Positions 25,680-36,929 of a DNA stretch of 64,000 nucleotides are shown here, piece after piece; position 1 is the stretch's first letter; each line of letters opens with the position of its first letter. The stretch covers positions 1,558,294 to 1,622,293 of the forward strand of contig BCKZ01000002.1 of assembly GCA_001600815.1 (NCBI GenBank), given 5' to 3'. A model generated the notes under the pieces. That model worked only from the letters and a program-made list of their open reading frames with translations, was not told the origin of the DNA and made no database searches. The DNA comes from Alloascoidea hylecoeti (lineage: Eukaryota). The translations under genes were made by a program, and so were the position numbers.

Positions 25680-26813
25680 CTATTCATCATCATCACTATC
25701 ATAATCGCCTAAAATCCCCAAAAGTCCAACTGCGGTTGGTTTAGGAGCCGGTCGTGTTCGATTTCTAAGAGCCTGTATTTTATTTAATACACTACTAGAA
25801 ACTAGAGCATTCCGGCCTTTATCATCGGATTCAGTAGTAATTTCACTTTCAATCACATATGATTCAACATTTTCAGGAATTTGTTGTATACTTTGTGATG
25901 TGTTTTTCGAATATAATATCTCCTCGGGTGCCTTATATCCTTCTAATCCATAGTCAGACCTTTTTTCTATCCTTCGTTTTTTCTGTTTTCTACCTCCTTC
26001 TTTGTTTGCTTTACCCTCAATTTCATCCAAGAATTCTTGAGGTACCATACCACGAATTACCTCAGCAGCTCTTTCTTCCAGTCGTCTTTGTTCCCTAATT
26101 TTGGCCATTGGATTGGGATCCTCATTAGCCCACCTAATATTTAAAACTTCATCACCATCTAAACTTTGATGAGCCATTGCAACTTTTGCAAATTGAGCAT
26201 TGATTTCATCAACATATGTGATAAATGCACATCCTTTACCATTCAAAACTCTTGTTCTTTCAATTTTGCCCCATTCTGAAAAATGTCTTGATAATTTTTC
26301 TTCAATATCAGCTTCATCTGTTATTCTTCCAATATATATTGTTCGATTTTCTCTATTAAATGATCCAGTACCACCCATATCATCTCTATAATCAGAAAAC
26401 TTTTCTCTCCCAAAACAATCAACAGTTGGTGGATAAACATCACCCTTTAAAACATCAGGTAATCTATGTAAATATTCACATTTTTCACCATTTATACACA
26501 TACCCATTGCAAAATATAAACAAAAATAAGAACTTTTTATAAAATCAGCCTTCGTATATCCTGAATCTCTTTTAATATTACATCTATTATTTGCATGTCT
26601 TTGATTTAAATATTTATCTTCTCGATCACCACCACTCCATTTGTTATACCAAATGTTAAAGACTGTTCCTGTTTGTGGTGGTCGTTCTTCGGTGTCAATA
26701 CTTTCGGGGTCAACTTGAACACGAGCAGGTCTTGATTTATCTTTATTTTTAGTTGTGTTTATCGTACCATTACTATTATTATTGTCGTTTGAGATAACCA
26801 TTGAATTTGACAT
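25680..26813 (-). CDS. CWC2: NTC splicing factor Cwc2 (Torus/CCCH + RRM)
   Basis: PPQTGTVFNIWYNKWSGG, FCLYFA.G.C..G..CEYLH, DCFGREKF, AQFAKVAMAHQSL, LNIRWANEDPNP. Confidence 0.95.
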   Translation of the reverse strand: MSNSMVISNDNNNSNGTINTTKNKDKSRPARVQVDPESIDTEERPPQTGTVFNIWYNKWSGGDREDKYLNQRHANNRCNIKRDSGYTKADFIKSSYFCLYFAMGMCINGEKCEYLHRLPDVLKGDVYPPTVDCFGREKFSDYRDDMGGTGSFNRENRTIYIGRITDEADIEEKLSRHFSEWGKIERTRVLNGKGCAFITYVDEINAQFAKVAMAHQSLDGDEVLNIRWANEDPNPMAKIREQRRLEERAAEVIRGMVPQEFLDEIEGKANKEGGRKQKKRRIEKRSDYGLEGYKAPEEILYSKNTSQSIQQIPENVESYVIESEITTESDDKGRNALVSSSVLNKIQALRNRTRPAPKPTAVGLLGILGDYDSDDDE

Positions 26814-27391
26814 CTTTAATTTTGAAAAAATAAGTTTTACAAGTTTTTGAATATATTCATAACACCCTTACACCTAAAATGCTTTGAAAGAACTTTGTTA
26901 GGATATCTTTTCTGGAACTTTCGCCTACTTAGGCAATTAGGGTTTTATTAAATTTTATGGAAATTCAGATGAAAAGATCTGCAATAATATTAATAATTGT
27001 AAAAGAATAAGATAGCAAGAGAACCTCGATATGAATATCTAGGAATATACTTAAATAGTGATATTTTAAAAAAATTTAACGTGGTTAAGATATAATTTAG
27101 TGTCAGGAAAGTTTCACCTAACAAATTATGGAGGGGGATTTAAAATCTTTGGAAAATCTATCCTTTAACGAAATTTGATAATAAGAACATTGGATGTAAA
27201 ACAACTATAAACCTTTATTTGAATTTTCTATAAACAATTTAAATGTCTCAAAACAAGGCTAGTATCTTACTTATGATCATATAATCAGATCCGGTATAAT
27301 ATTAAATTGTGGCATTATAGATCATGATATCATAATTGATCAGCTGTAAAAAAACAAAATTAATGAGATGATTAATATTGACTAAAGTATA

Positions 27392-28492
27392 TTATTTGAT
27401 AGTATTAGTCATGTTATCCATGTTAATTTCGTCAAGAATTTCTTTCGCACCATCATCAATTAATTTCTTAGCTAATTCAGAACCAAGTTCTTCAGCATCA
27501 TTTTCAGTATTTACTTCTTTTTCTAAAACACCAAATACTGATTTTTTACCATCAACACTAACCACAGTTCCTGATAATTTTAAAACTTTTGTTTCTTCAT
27601 TATAAACTGTTTCAACACCAATCGGTACAGAGCATCCACCTTCTAAAGTAAGTAATAATGATCTTTCAGCTAAACATCGTAGGGTAGTTGGAATATGTGA
27701 TATCTTCTTTAATAATTCTTTAATTCTTTTATCACCTTTACGAATTTCAATACCAAGTGCTCCTTGACCAACTGCATAATACATTTCAGGGCTATCCAAG
27801 TATGTTGTGATTCTATCTTCTAATCCAGCTCTTTTCAAACCTGCAGCTGCTAAAATTATTGCATCAAATAATAAATCTGGATTATCTAATTTCGCCAATC
27901 TTGTTTGAATATTACCACGAATGCTTTCATATTGTAAATTTGGATGTTGTTTCTTTAATTGCGCAGCCCGTCTAATTGATGAGGTTCCAACATATGCTTC
28001 ATTTGGCAAGTCTGCTAACCCTTTATAAGGTGAACCTTTCTTCATAATTAAAGCATCCCTTGGATCTTCTCTTTCTATTATAGCACCTAATTCAAATTCA
28101 TCGGGGAGAACTGTCGGTACATCTTTTAAAGAATGAACAACCATATCTAATTGCTCATAATTATCAACTGGTTCCATTAATAATATTTCTAATTCTTTCG
28201 TCCATAATGATTTACCACCAAACGAGTATAATGCTTTAGTCTGAACGTTATCTCCGAGTGTGTTCAAAGCGGTTACTGGGAATGAATAATCAGGAAATGC
28301 AGCAGATAACTTTGCAGCAACAATTTTACTTTGAATAACAGCGAGGTCTGATTTTCTTCCTCCAATTCTGATGACGGTTTTGGCTATATTGTTTTCTCAT
28401 TAATATAAATATAATAATAGATGTATATAAATATGTGCCGTACCTGTTTCACTCGCCTTCTTAGAACTTTCGGCAATTACAGGTTCACTCAT
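27392..28492 (-). CDS. HEM3: Porphobilinogen deaminase. Exons 28492-28444 and 28383-27392
   Basis: IRIGGRKSDLA, GGKSLWTKELE, VHSLKDVPT, GTSSIRR, LEGGCSVPIG. A 60-nt intron GTACGG...TAG restores the frame. Confidence 0.95.
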
Positions 28493-28578
28493 TATAAAGA
28501 AGATGTTTGCAATTGATAATAAAATGGGAAGATCTACTTGAATCAATATATTTCCAAAAACGGGCAATTTTCATGTAG

Positions 28579-28603
28579 TTACCCGGAGCTAAAGCATCAC
28601 GTG
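28579..28603. promoter_or_regulatory. Reb1-like (TTACCCGG) and Cbf1-like (TCACGTG) sites upstream of HEM3
   Basis: Motif matches at 28579-28586 and 28597-28603, ~90-110 bp upstream of the ATG. Function is inferred from S. cerevisiae motifs. Confidence 0.4.
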
Positions 28604-30976
28604 CTGAAGTGAAAAACTTAATATTCGACAAAATTTACCTTGGTTAATTCGACAAAACTCTGAAAAAAATGTGTAACGGTAGATATAAAAGAGTCCATTA
28701 ATAATATACAACGAATGATCCAACAGAATCCCGGCTAAAGAGCCACTTACTGCATGCCAATAGACTCTTTTATTTCTATACATTTTTTCTGTTACTTTTG
28801 TGATCTATTTTATACAGAACTTCGATTCCGCCATATGATACAAGTGTTAGATTCTAGAACTTCAATGTTCATTCATAGACCTAATAATTTTTAAACAATT
28901 TATATACTGGTCATTTGCTAAGATATATAAACATATATAGTTAAATAGTTTTAAAAGAAATGGGGGTATCTTGAAGGTTGATAATAGAAATACTGTTAGG
29001 TTATGAGCCCTGGCGTTACTACATCGTTTACAATGCAATATACTTTAACACTTTTCCAGCGTATAAAAAAATATCTTAAGAGTGAAAAAGATCCTATTAC
29101 CCAAGAAACAGGTAAAAAGGTTCTCAAAGGCTTACTAGATGACAATTATTACGATCGATATCATTGGCAAATCTTCTAGTGCTAAGGAGATCGAATTAAT
29201 CGAAAATATATTAACATTTCAATATGATGCTCGTTTTGATCAAGCCTTATCGTCCGTTTTGATTTTCAGAAAAATACAGAGTCATTAAAAAGAATTTACG
29301 ATAGTTTTGATTATACCAATACCGAGATTCTCAATAGATTTAAATCTCCAAATATTGAGAAAATTAATTAATGCAAGTTTGTTGCTCTTGGTGTCACCGG
29401 ATCTCACTTACCGGATCAATGCTGGTCCAAAGTTCAATATCCAGTTACACAAGATATGATCTCTTATTCATATGAAGGTCAATCTTGTATACTTTGTTGT
29501 GATTTATGTCATTCTGCAAAGCACACAACATCAAAATGTCCTAAGTATAAAAAACTTTATGAACAATTTCAGAAACAGACAGCAAATTTAGTCAAAAAAG
29601 AAAATCCTTACAAAAATGAGTGTGCAACTTATTTTTGATTCAGGAGCTTCACAAATGATTTTGAATTCTAAAAAATTCTTTAAAACATTGAATGATTTAT
29701 TCAAGCAATAGAAATAAAGAAACCGTAACCATTGCAGACGGACGGATCCAAACAAGTTATAGAAGATCGGGTTATATTGCACTAGAACTTGGTTCGGAAG
29801 TTTATGAATTATATACCCTATATATGCCCACAACTTATTTTCTCCTGCTTCTTTAAAAGAACATATTTTTCAACTTGGACATGGTGTTGTAACTATGTTA
29901 ACTCCTGATTATAAAAATAGTGTTACAATTGCAAACAAAAAAATAATAGTTATATTTTAAAGACATCTCCGATGGTTAAAGCTAGTATGAAAAAAAATAT
30001 TGCAGTTACTCCTTTATTAGTTCTTTAAAGCCCAAGTGATGAAATTATACCAGACAATAATTTAAATGATATAAACTATACAGAGCTTCATCGGCGTCTA
30101 GGTTATGTTGATACCACTAAAATTCGTAAAAGTGATAAAAAGATCAACAATATGGATTGTGATACTTGTTCAATATCAAAATCAAAAAGAGAACCATTTC
30201 ATGGTACAATGAAAAAAAATTAATGATGAGATTGGAAGAATTTTGCATGTCTACATAGCATTTGGTTTTGGTACCGGTTTAAGTCAAAACAAACAAATTT
30301 TTAGTAATTGTAGAACAACATACCCGTTTTTTAATTACAATACCTTTAAATAATTCTAAAAATTTAATAAAATTATTTAAACCACAACTTTTGTATTTAG
30401 AAAGAATAATGGGATATAAAATTCAAGAAGTACACTCTGACAATGGTTCTGATTTGGTGGCTATCTGATAATCTTTGGAATATAGGAATTAAGTTATCCA
30501 TCTCTCAACCTTATACCCCACAACAAAACAGTATCGCTGAGAGGACTATCCAAACTGTAAAACAACTGATGATGAATTTATTAGTATCACCAAGACTTCC
30601 TGACTTCTTCTGGGATTATGCACTTATCCAAGTAGCCAATATATACAATATATCATAATGCTATTCAAACTTCCCCATATTTTGCATTACATCAAGTTCC
30701 TTTCAATACAAATTCCATTCCTATCTTCGGTACAGTTGCATATATGGTTAATCTAAATGCACTAAAAAAGGAATCACAGAAATTATTGGAAAATCGTAAA
30801 GCTATTAGAGTTCTAATTTTAGGCATACCAACAACCAAATCAGGCTTTCCTTGTATGGATTTAACAACATATAAAATGACATCATCAAGAGATGTTAAAT
30901 TAACGAATACATTTTTATCCACAAATGAACTAAAATAATTAGAGTTCGCTTTGGAAATTGATTAAAATAAAATATG

Positions 30977-31297
30977 ATAATTAATTAGTGATGTTTCAGA
31001 TAATTATTTAGCGTTACCTAGGATAATTTGGGTGCTATTTTCGGAAATGATTTGGTCAAATTTAGCGTTAATTTTGTAAATTATTTAGCTTTATTCATAA
31101 GATTTAATTAGCGCTATTCTCTAAAATAATTTAGCGATCCGTATGAATGATTAATTAGCCACTTATTCAAAAATTAACTAGTGATCCGTGCCAAAGATTA
31201 TTAGCGAACTTGTTAAAAAACTAATTAGACTTATCTTTGAAATTTAAGCGCTATGTACGAAAATTAATTAGTGTTATGTGTGGGAGTTAATTAGCTA
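30977..31297 (+). repeat. ~23-bp periodic array, ~15 units, core AATTAATTAG(C/T)G with variable spacers
   Basis: Core G at 30988, 31011, 31032, 31055, 31065, 31088, 31111, 31134, 31158, 31181, 31204, 31228, 31248, 31271, 31294. Confidence 0.85.
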
Positions 31298-31310
31298 TTT
31301 TCCCAAAAAA

Positions 31311-31460
31311 GGATATCATTGTTTCTATTTACCTCTCCCTATCCGATTGAGCTATTTTGGGCGGCCTCAAAATCTCGTTTTAAACGTGAGCTTGTTGATA
31401 AAGAGGAGGAATTAATTGAAAAATTCCGTGATGCCGTGAAATCCATACCGAAGGAATATT
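31311..31460 (+). mobile_element. C-terminal fragment of a Tc1/IS630-type DDE transposase
   Basis: GYHCFYLP-[deleted/frameshifted]-PIELFWAASKSRFKRE...LIEKFRDAVKSIP matches the LPPYSPELNPIE.W motif of DDE_3 transposases. Confidence 0.7.
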
Positions 31461-32337
31461 ATCACAAAGAGATACACAACGAAATAATTCATTTCTTCCT
31501 CAACCAAACATTGAGATGCTCGCAAATAAAAGTAGACTTTTATGCTTAACAAAAGAAGCTGCTACAAATGCACTTGAAAATAGCACTATTTCAATTGGAC
31601 TTAAAAATAATGGTGATGTAATAAGAACAGCGCAGGACTTAAGAAGGGAGTTTAAGAACTTTTGCTGCTCTTTAAAAAAAGATGATTTAAATGGGTTTGA
31701 AACTCAAGAATCAGCTAAATTTACTTGTTACTGTTATTTTGCTATTCAAGTTGGAATTAAAATTGTCCCGCAAAAGCCAATGGGCCTTAAAAACAAAGAG
31801 AGGATAAATCATAAGAATTTCAGTCTAAAATGTGATCAATGTAAAGAAAGGGTTTATGACATTTGTAAGGATGATGATCATTGGAACAAAAAAAAATTAA
31901 TGAAAATAGAAAAATTGAATGCATGTTAGCTAAACAAACCCTAACAGAAGGTAAGTCTAAACTAGAAAATAAAAAAAAAAGAGAACATTATCCTTATTGA
32001 GGATATCATTAAATGGTTCACTCGGCTATGTAAAAAAGAATTTGGTATTAAATTTAGCGATCAGAAATTTAAGGACATTATAACTTGTGCTACAATCTTG
32101 GTCTTGCAAGACAATAAATACGGTTTTGGTTTTACCACGACTTGTTTTGATCCTAACGGAGATACATGCTATGAAATTACAGAATTAGTGACAAAAGATA
32201 ATAAAGATTATTATCCGGTCCCAATATCACCACCTGAATCTCAAATTTTGACTCAGGAAGAATTAAAATCTATAGTAAAAAAAATAAAAAAGGCTATAGA
32301 TAAAAGAAGATACCTTTTTTATTTTGATTGGTCTTGA
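31459..32337 (+). pseudogene. 5'-truncated, frameshifted paralogue of the 416-aa ORF at 33159
   Basis: Nucleotide and peptide similarity (NKSRLLCLTKEAATN...RTAQDLRREFKNFCCSLK; LVLQDNKYGF...DNKDYYPVP). Frameshifts fall at A-runs near 31890 and 31975. Confidence 0.85.
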
Positions 32338-33158
32338 TTGTAAAGTATCATGGAGCTGTATAATTTTGCAATCCACGACGAATTAATAGATGAATGAATT
32401 TTATAATTTCATTTATTTTTATCTTAATATTGGGTAGGATAATACATATACATAATATATAATATATATAAGGATTTTAATCGAATTTCTATTATGATGA
32501 ATGAACTGTCTGCTGAAAAGTCTCTTATCAATAATAGTTCGAACTATAGGACCATTATTGGGAAGTTATTATATCTTTCTAATTGGTTAAGAATTGATTT
32601 ATATATTGTCTCTTATTTGAGTCGTTTTACAAATTTGGAAAGTAAGGAAATCTGGACCATAACTTTGAATATTATGAAATATTTGGCTCATTACATTGAA
32701 GATGGAATTTTATTTGCAAAATGAAAATATTTACTGCAACTGCCTTCAAAATGTGAGCTGCATGCGCATAAGGACCCTTATGTTTAACGTTACATTACTT
32801 CCTCATTCAGATTAAAGATAAAGTTGTGCAATTATAAAAATATAAGCTGCCATCTGATAAAATTACAAGTCTAACAACTGCGGTGCTCATGTTAAAGTCA
32901 ATCGCATGTATTTGTGTCACAAGTGGAAAAAAGATCTTATGCATACATAGTCATTTATGACATTTGAAATGCATAAATTTATAGTTTAAGTAGTTATAAT
33001 TGGGCAATCATATACCTAAGGACACCGTCGTAAATTTGGTATATGACATCGTAGGCAGTTAGTAGCTATAGTATTATTATGATCCCTTAACTTAGATGTG
33101 TTATCATATGATATTATACAATCCTTAAAATAACCCTCATAAAAATATAGATCAGTCT

Positions 33159-34409
33159 ATGGAAAATGAGCTCTTCCACAAATTTTCTATATTTTCAAGT
33201 AAACCATCAATGGAATCTCAAAATATTTTCGATGATATGAATTTATGCTTCTTTTATGAGGATCACTTAGATGATTTACTCAACACTGAACATTATATAA
33301 ATGAATATGACAATCCTGATATACATGTATGTAAAAGACCCAATCCTCCTGAACTAAACAATAACATACACATAAAAAGACCTAGATCTGACTTAAGCTT
33401 AACTAATGATCATGAAGGTGCAGCATATGAATGTGCAGAGGAAGTAATCGCAATCGACTTATGTATTTCAAATGGACAAGGCAATAACTCACAGTATAGG
33501 TATAGTGGTACTGAAAATAATTCTGTCGATGTGTTATCACAAAGAGATACACTGCAATTACAACGAAATAATTCATTTCTTCTTCAACCAAACATTGAGA
33601 TCTCAAATAAAAGTAGACTTTTATGCTTAACAAAAGAAGCTGCTACAAATGAACTTGAAAATAGCACTATTTCAACTGGACTTAAAAATAATTGTAATGT
33701 AATAAGAACAGCGCAGGACTTAAGAAGGGAGTTTAAGAACTTTTGCTGCTCTTTAAAACCACATGATTTAGATGGGTTTGAAACTCAAGAATTAGCTAAA
33801 TTTACTTGTTACTGTTATTTTGCTGTTCAAAATGGAATCTTAATTGCACCACAAAAGTCTATAGGACTTAAGGACAAAGACACTCTTGAAAATTTTAAAG
33901 TTTTCAGCTTAAAATGCTTACGATGTAATAGGAGAGTCTATGGCGCCAAATATATTGATAATCATTGGGAAAAAATAAGTTTTAATGCACATAGAAACAT
34001 TGAATGCATGTCAGCTAAACAAACCCTATTGCAGCCAACAGAAGGTAAGTCTAAACTAGAAAGAGAAATTTATCCTTATATTGAAGATATCATTAAATGG
34101 TTTATTCGGCTATGGAAAAAAGAATATGGTATTAAATTAAGCGATCGGAAATTTAAGGACATTATAACCTGTGCTACAAGCTTGGTCTTGCAAGACAATA
34201 AATACGGTTTTGCCGCGACTTGTATTGGTTCTAACAGAGATACATACTATGAAATTACAAAATTAGTGACAATAGATAATAAAGATTATTATCCGGTCCC
34301 AATGTCACCACTTGAATCTCAAAGTTTGGCTCAGGAACATTTAAAATTTATAGTAGAAAAAATAAAAAAGGCTACAGATAAAAGGTATATCAAGCAGAGA
34401 AGTAAGTAG
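33159..34409 (+). CDS. Orphan 416-aa protein with a putative WRKY/GCM1 (FAR1/MULE-like) Zn-finger DNA-binding domain
   Basis: Intact ORF with a paralogue. FETQELAK....YFAVQNGILIAPQKS...FSLKCLRC...VY......HW....NAH....C resembles FAR1/Aft-type domains; the fold assignment is inference. Confidence 0.7.
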   Translation: MENELFHKFSIFSSKPSMESQNIFDDMNLCFFYEDHLDDLLNTEHYINEYDNPDIHVCKRPNPPELNNNIHIKRPRSDLSLTNDHEGAAYECAEEVIAIDLCISNGQGNNSQYRYSGTENNSVDVLSQRDTLQLQRNNSFLLQPNIEISNKSRLLCLTKEAATNELENSTISTGLKNNCNVIRTAQDLRREFKNFCCSLKPHDLDGFETQELAKFTCYCYFAVQNGILIAPQKSIGLKDKDTLENFKVFSLKCLRCNRRVYGAKYIDNHWEKISFNAHRNIECMSAKQTLLQPTEGKSKLEREIYPYIEDIIKWFIRLWKKEYGIKLSDRKFKDIITCATSLVLQDNKYGFAATCIGSNRDTYYEITKLVTIDNKDYYPVPMSPLESQSLAQEHLKFIVEKIKKATDKRYIKQRSK

Positions 34410-35166
34410 TCTTGATTGTGAACTGACATGCATATTTTGCAGGCTATAATGCTTGTATGCTCGACGAGTTGATAGATATATGAATTTTATAATTTCATTT
34501 ATTTTTAATATTGGGTGGGATAGGTAGCATATAATTTATAATATACAAATTTTAGTTGAATTTCAATGATGAACCGTCTACTAAAAAGTCTCTGATTAAA
34601 GCCCTTGGGTATTCCTTAGGCCTAACATTATGCTTGATATTGTCTAATTATAATAGAGTGCTGAATTTTGTTGAGACTTGGAGACGCAGAAAGATCCCAT
34701 TATTCACACAGCCGTAAAGCTCTTAAGAAGAATTTGGGCCAAGGACTTGAAGACGCCAGTCAAAAGCTAAATGAGTATGACACGATTGCGAAGCTTACGC
34801 CGCCAAACTTCAGCGTCCGTGAAATACATTTAATTATAATGATTACTGTTTATAATGGTTTCATTATTTTTATAAGAAGTCTTGAACGTTGTTTATTTTT
34901 GAGATTGGTCATATGGATGGTATAAGTAGATAAAAAACTATAATCTTTGACAATTACAGTGTAAGTATGTGTAAGTCTTATACGCGCGTGTACTGTTCGA
35001 AAGCAAAGATCCATACTTTTTGTTAACTCCTAAAACTACAACTGATCTACTGTTTGGTCATCGGACCTTAAATTCAAAACTTTGTTATCAACATTAAGAT
35101 AAAATATGGACCTTATAAATACTATTACTAACGGTAATAATATCAGCTTCTTGATACTAAAAAAGG

Positions 35167-36929
35167 TTATTTTTGCCTTTTTCGTGTCCTTAGTGAGTCA
35201 TTACTCCCAAATGCGTTCCTTTTTGTTCCTGGTGCAGAAGACATAATATCATTATCCTCTTGTGCTATTCTCCTAGGAGGATATTCATATTTTTGTCCTT
35301 GAAATACACTATATAAAAATGTGTTAGAATTTGTTAAGATTGTTTTTAATAATCGGATCAAGTTCATACTTAGATGTCACCCGTGGTTGTTCTAAGAAAT
35401 ATGGGTATAATAATGCATCATTGGCGGTTAATCGCTTTGCAGGGTCATACTCGAGTAATGCTGATAAAAGTTGTAATCCCTTCTGGCTTGATGCTCCTAT
35501 CGAGTGATACCATGCCTCCAGGTTAGGTGGGAAAGTCTTGAATGTCTGTAATGCACCATATTCTGGATATTTTGGCAATGCTGGCCATTTGTCTTCTAAG
35601 AGAAAAAAGGGTTAAAAGGTTTTAAAGATTTAAATTAAAAAAGACAATATGCTTACTTGTGGGAGTACCAAGTATTTCGATTATTTTTTGCATCTGATTT
35701 CTTTGAAATGGAACTGTCTTTTTATTATCAATTTTTGCCTCTTCACCTTTAAATATAGGTCTCAATGCTAATAATTCAGCATAAATACAACCTACTGCCC
35801 ATAAATCAATAGCAGCAGTATAATGTCGTGCCCCTAATAATAACTCCGGAGATCTGTACCATATTGTAACAACTACTTTGTCACCTGTAAATAATGACTG
35901 AATTGGATTATCAAATAGACGCGCTAAACCTAGATCTCCAATCTTAACAACACCATCTGCTGATACCATAATATTTGCTGGTTTTAAATCCCGATGCAAG
36001 ACCCAATTTTGATGTAGGTACGAAACACCATTTATCAACTGCCACATAATGGATTTTACGGTTGATTCTGGTATGGGTTTCCTTTCTGGATGTGAATGAT
36101 AATGTATTATTTGCTAGGAAATAATTAGTATTTGATGATTAGAGGTTATGGAATATTCCCCAAACTTACTAAAAGATCATGTTCTGCAAATTCAGATACC
36201 ATATAAACACATTTCTTTTCTAGAATTACTTCGGCTAGTCGAACAACATTTTCATTTTGTAGTTCACGACATAACTTAATAAATTAGTATTAGTTTACTA
36301 TTATTTCTAATACCAAAGCGATTATTGTCTTCTAGGCAGAAATAATCAAACAAACCCACATACCGCCATTTCTCGGATTGCAGATTGTGAAAGACCAGTG
36401 TAATGTACGATCTCACCGTCCTTATCGGCCTTGAATTTCTTGATAGCATAAAGGCCATTACTATTTAGTACCGGGCATATATGATTAGTTTAAGGCTGGT
36501 TGTTGTCAGGCAGCGTAACCAAGTGGTATGGCTTTTTGACAACGCTAAATATCGAAATTACATACTTAGTTCGTGATGTTGCTTTGTATACCCTATTTCA
36601 TAAGGTTAAATTGACGTTAATGGCAAATTTGAAGCAGATTTCATTATTTTTCAAGTTGTTGTGAAAACATACCTTCCATACGTACCCGCAGCAATATATC
36701 CAATAATGTCATATTTTAGCACTACGGAGGTTCGAAGATTATCTTTGCGAAATTTATATGGTTCCAGAGTAAACACATTATTAGAGGACATGAGAACGGC
36801 TGAGTTGTTCGGATGTGGATGGTTGAGAGGTTGGTTTGATGAACTTTGATATCTAGCTTGTTGAGCCATGTAAGCTCTGTTTAACATGGATCGATGGACG
36901 TTTATTCTTCGTTGGTGGGAATCGCTCAT
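35167..36929 (-). CDS. SSN3: Mediator kinase Ssn3/Srb10/CDK8, 436 aa. Exons 36929-36673, 36592-36566, 36460-36364, 36274-36170, 36113-35657, 35595-35370, 35308-35167
   Basis: [71 protein letters not shown]. Six GT-AG introns; exons sum to 1311 nt. Confidence 0.95.

Larger units (their letters stand above)
28999..32724 (+). mobile_element. Degenerate Ty5-like (Hemivirus, Ty1/copia) LTR retrotransposon interrupted by insertions
   Basis: PBS GGTTATGAGCCCTG (28999-29012) is complementary to the tRNAiMet anticodon arm. Gag knuckle CDLCHSAKHTTSKC (~29500-29540); protease FDSGAS (~29635); LHRRLG...CDTC (~30087-30170); integrase VHSDNG and PYTPQQNSIAER (~30430-30545); RT C-terminal YRTIIGKLLYL...RID...LSRF (32494-32724). 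Many stops and frameshifts; no LTR pair found. Confidence 0.9.

Noticed and set aside
28700..28998. 5' LTR of the Ty5-like element
   Set aside because: No matching 3' copy and no clean TG...CA boundaries could be identified.
28999..29015. tRNA-Met gene
   Set aside because: Only 14 nt are complementary to the anticodon arm and there is no cloverleaf; it is a retrotransposon PBS.
30977..31297. CRISPR-like repeat-spacer array
   Set aside because: Eukaryotic context, degenerate ~12-nt repeats, ~11-nt spacers and no cas genes. Reported as a binding-site-like array instead.
34668..34925. 85-aa ORF as a hAT transposase fragment
   Set aside because: Non-ATG start and only a faint 'KLNEY' resemblance; unsupported.
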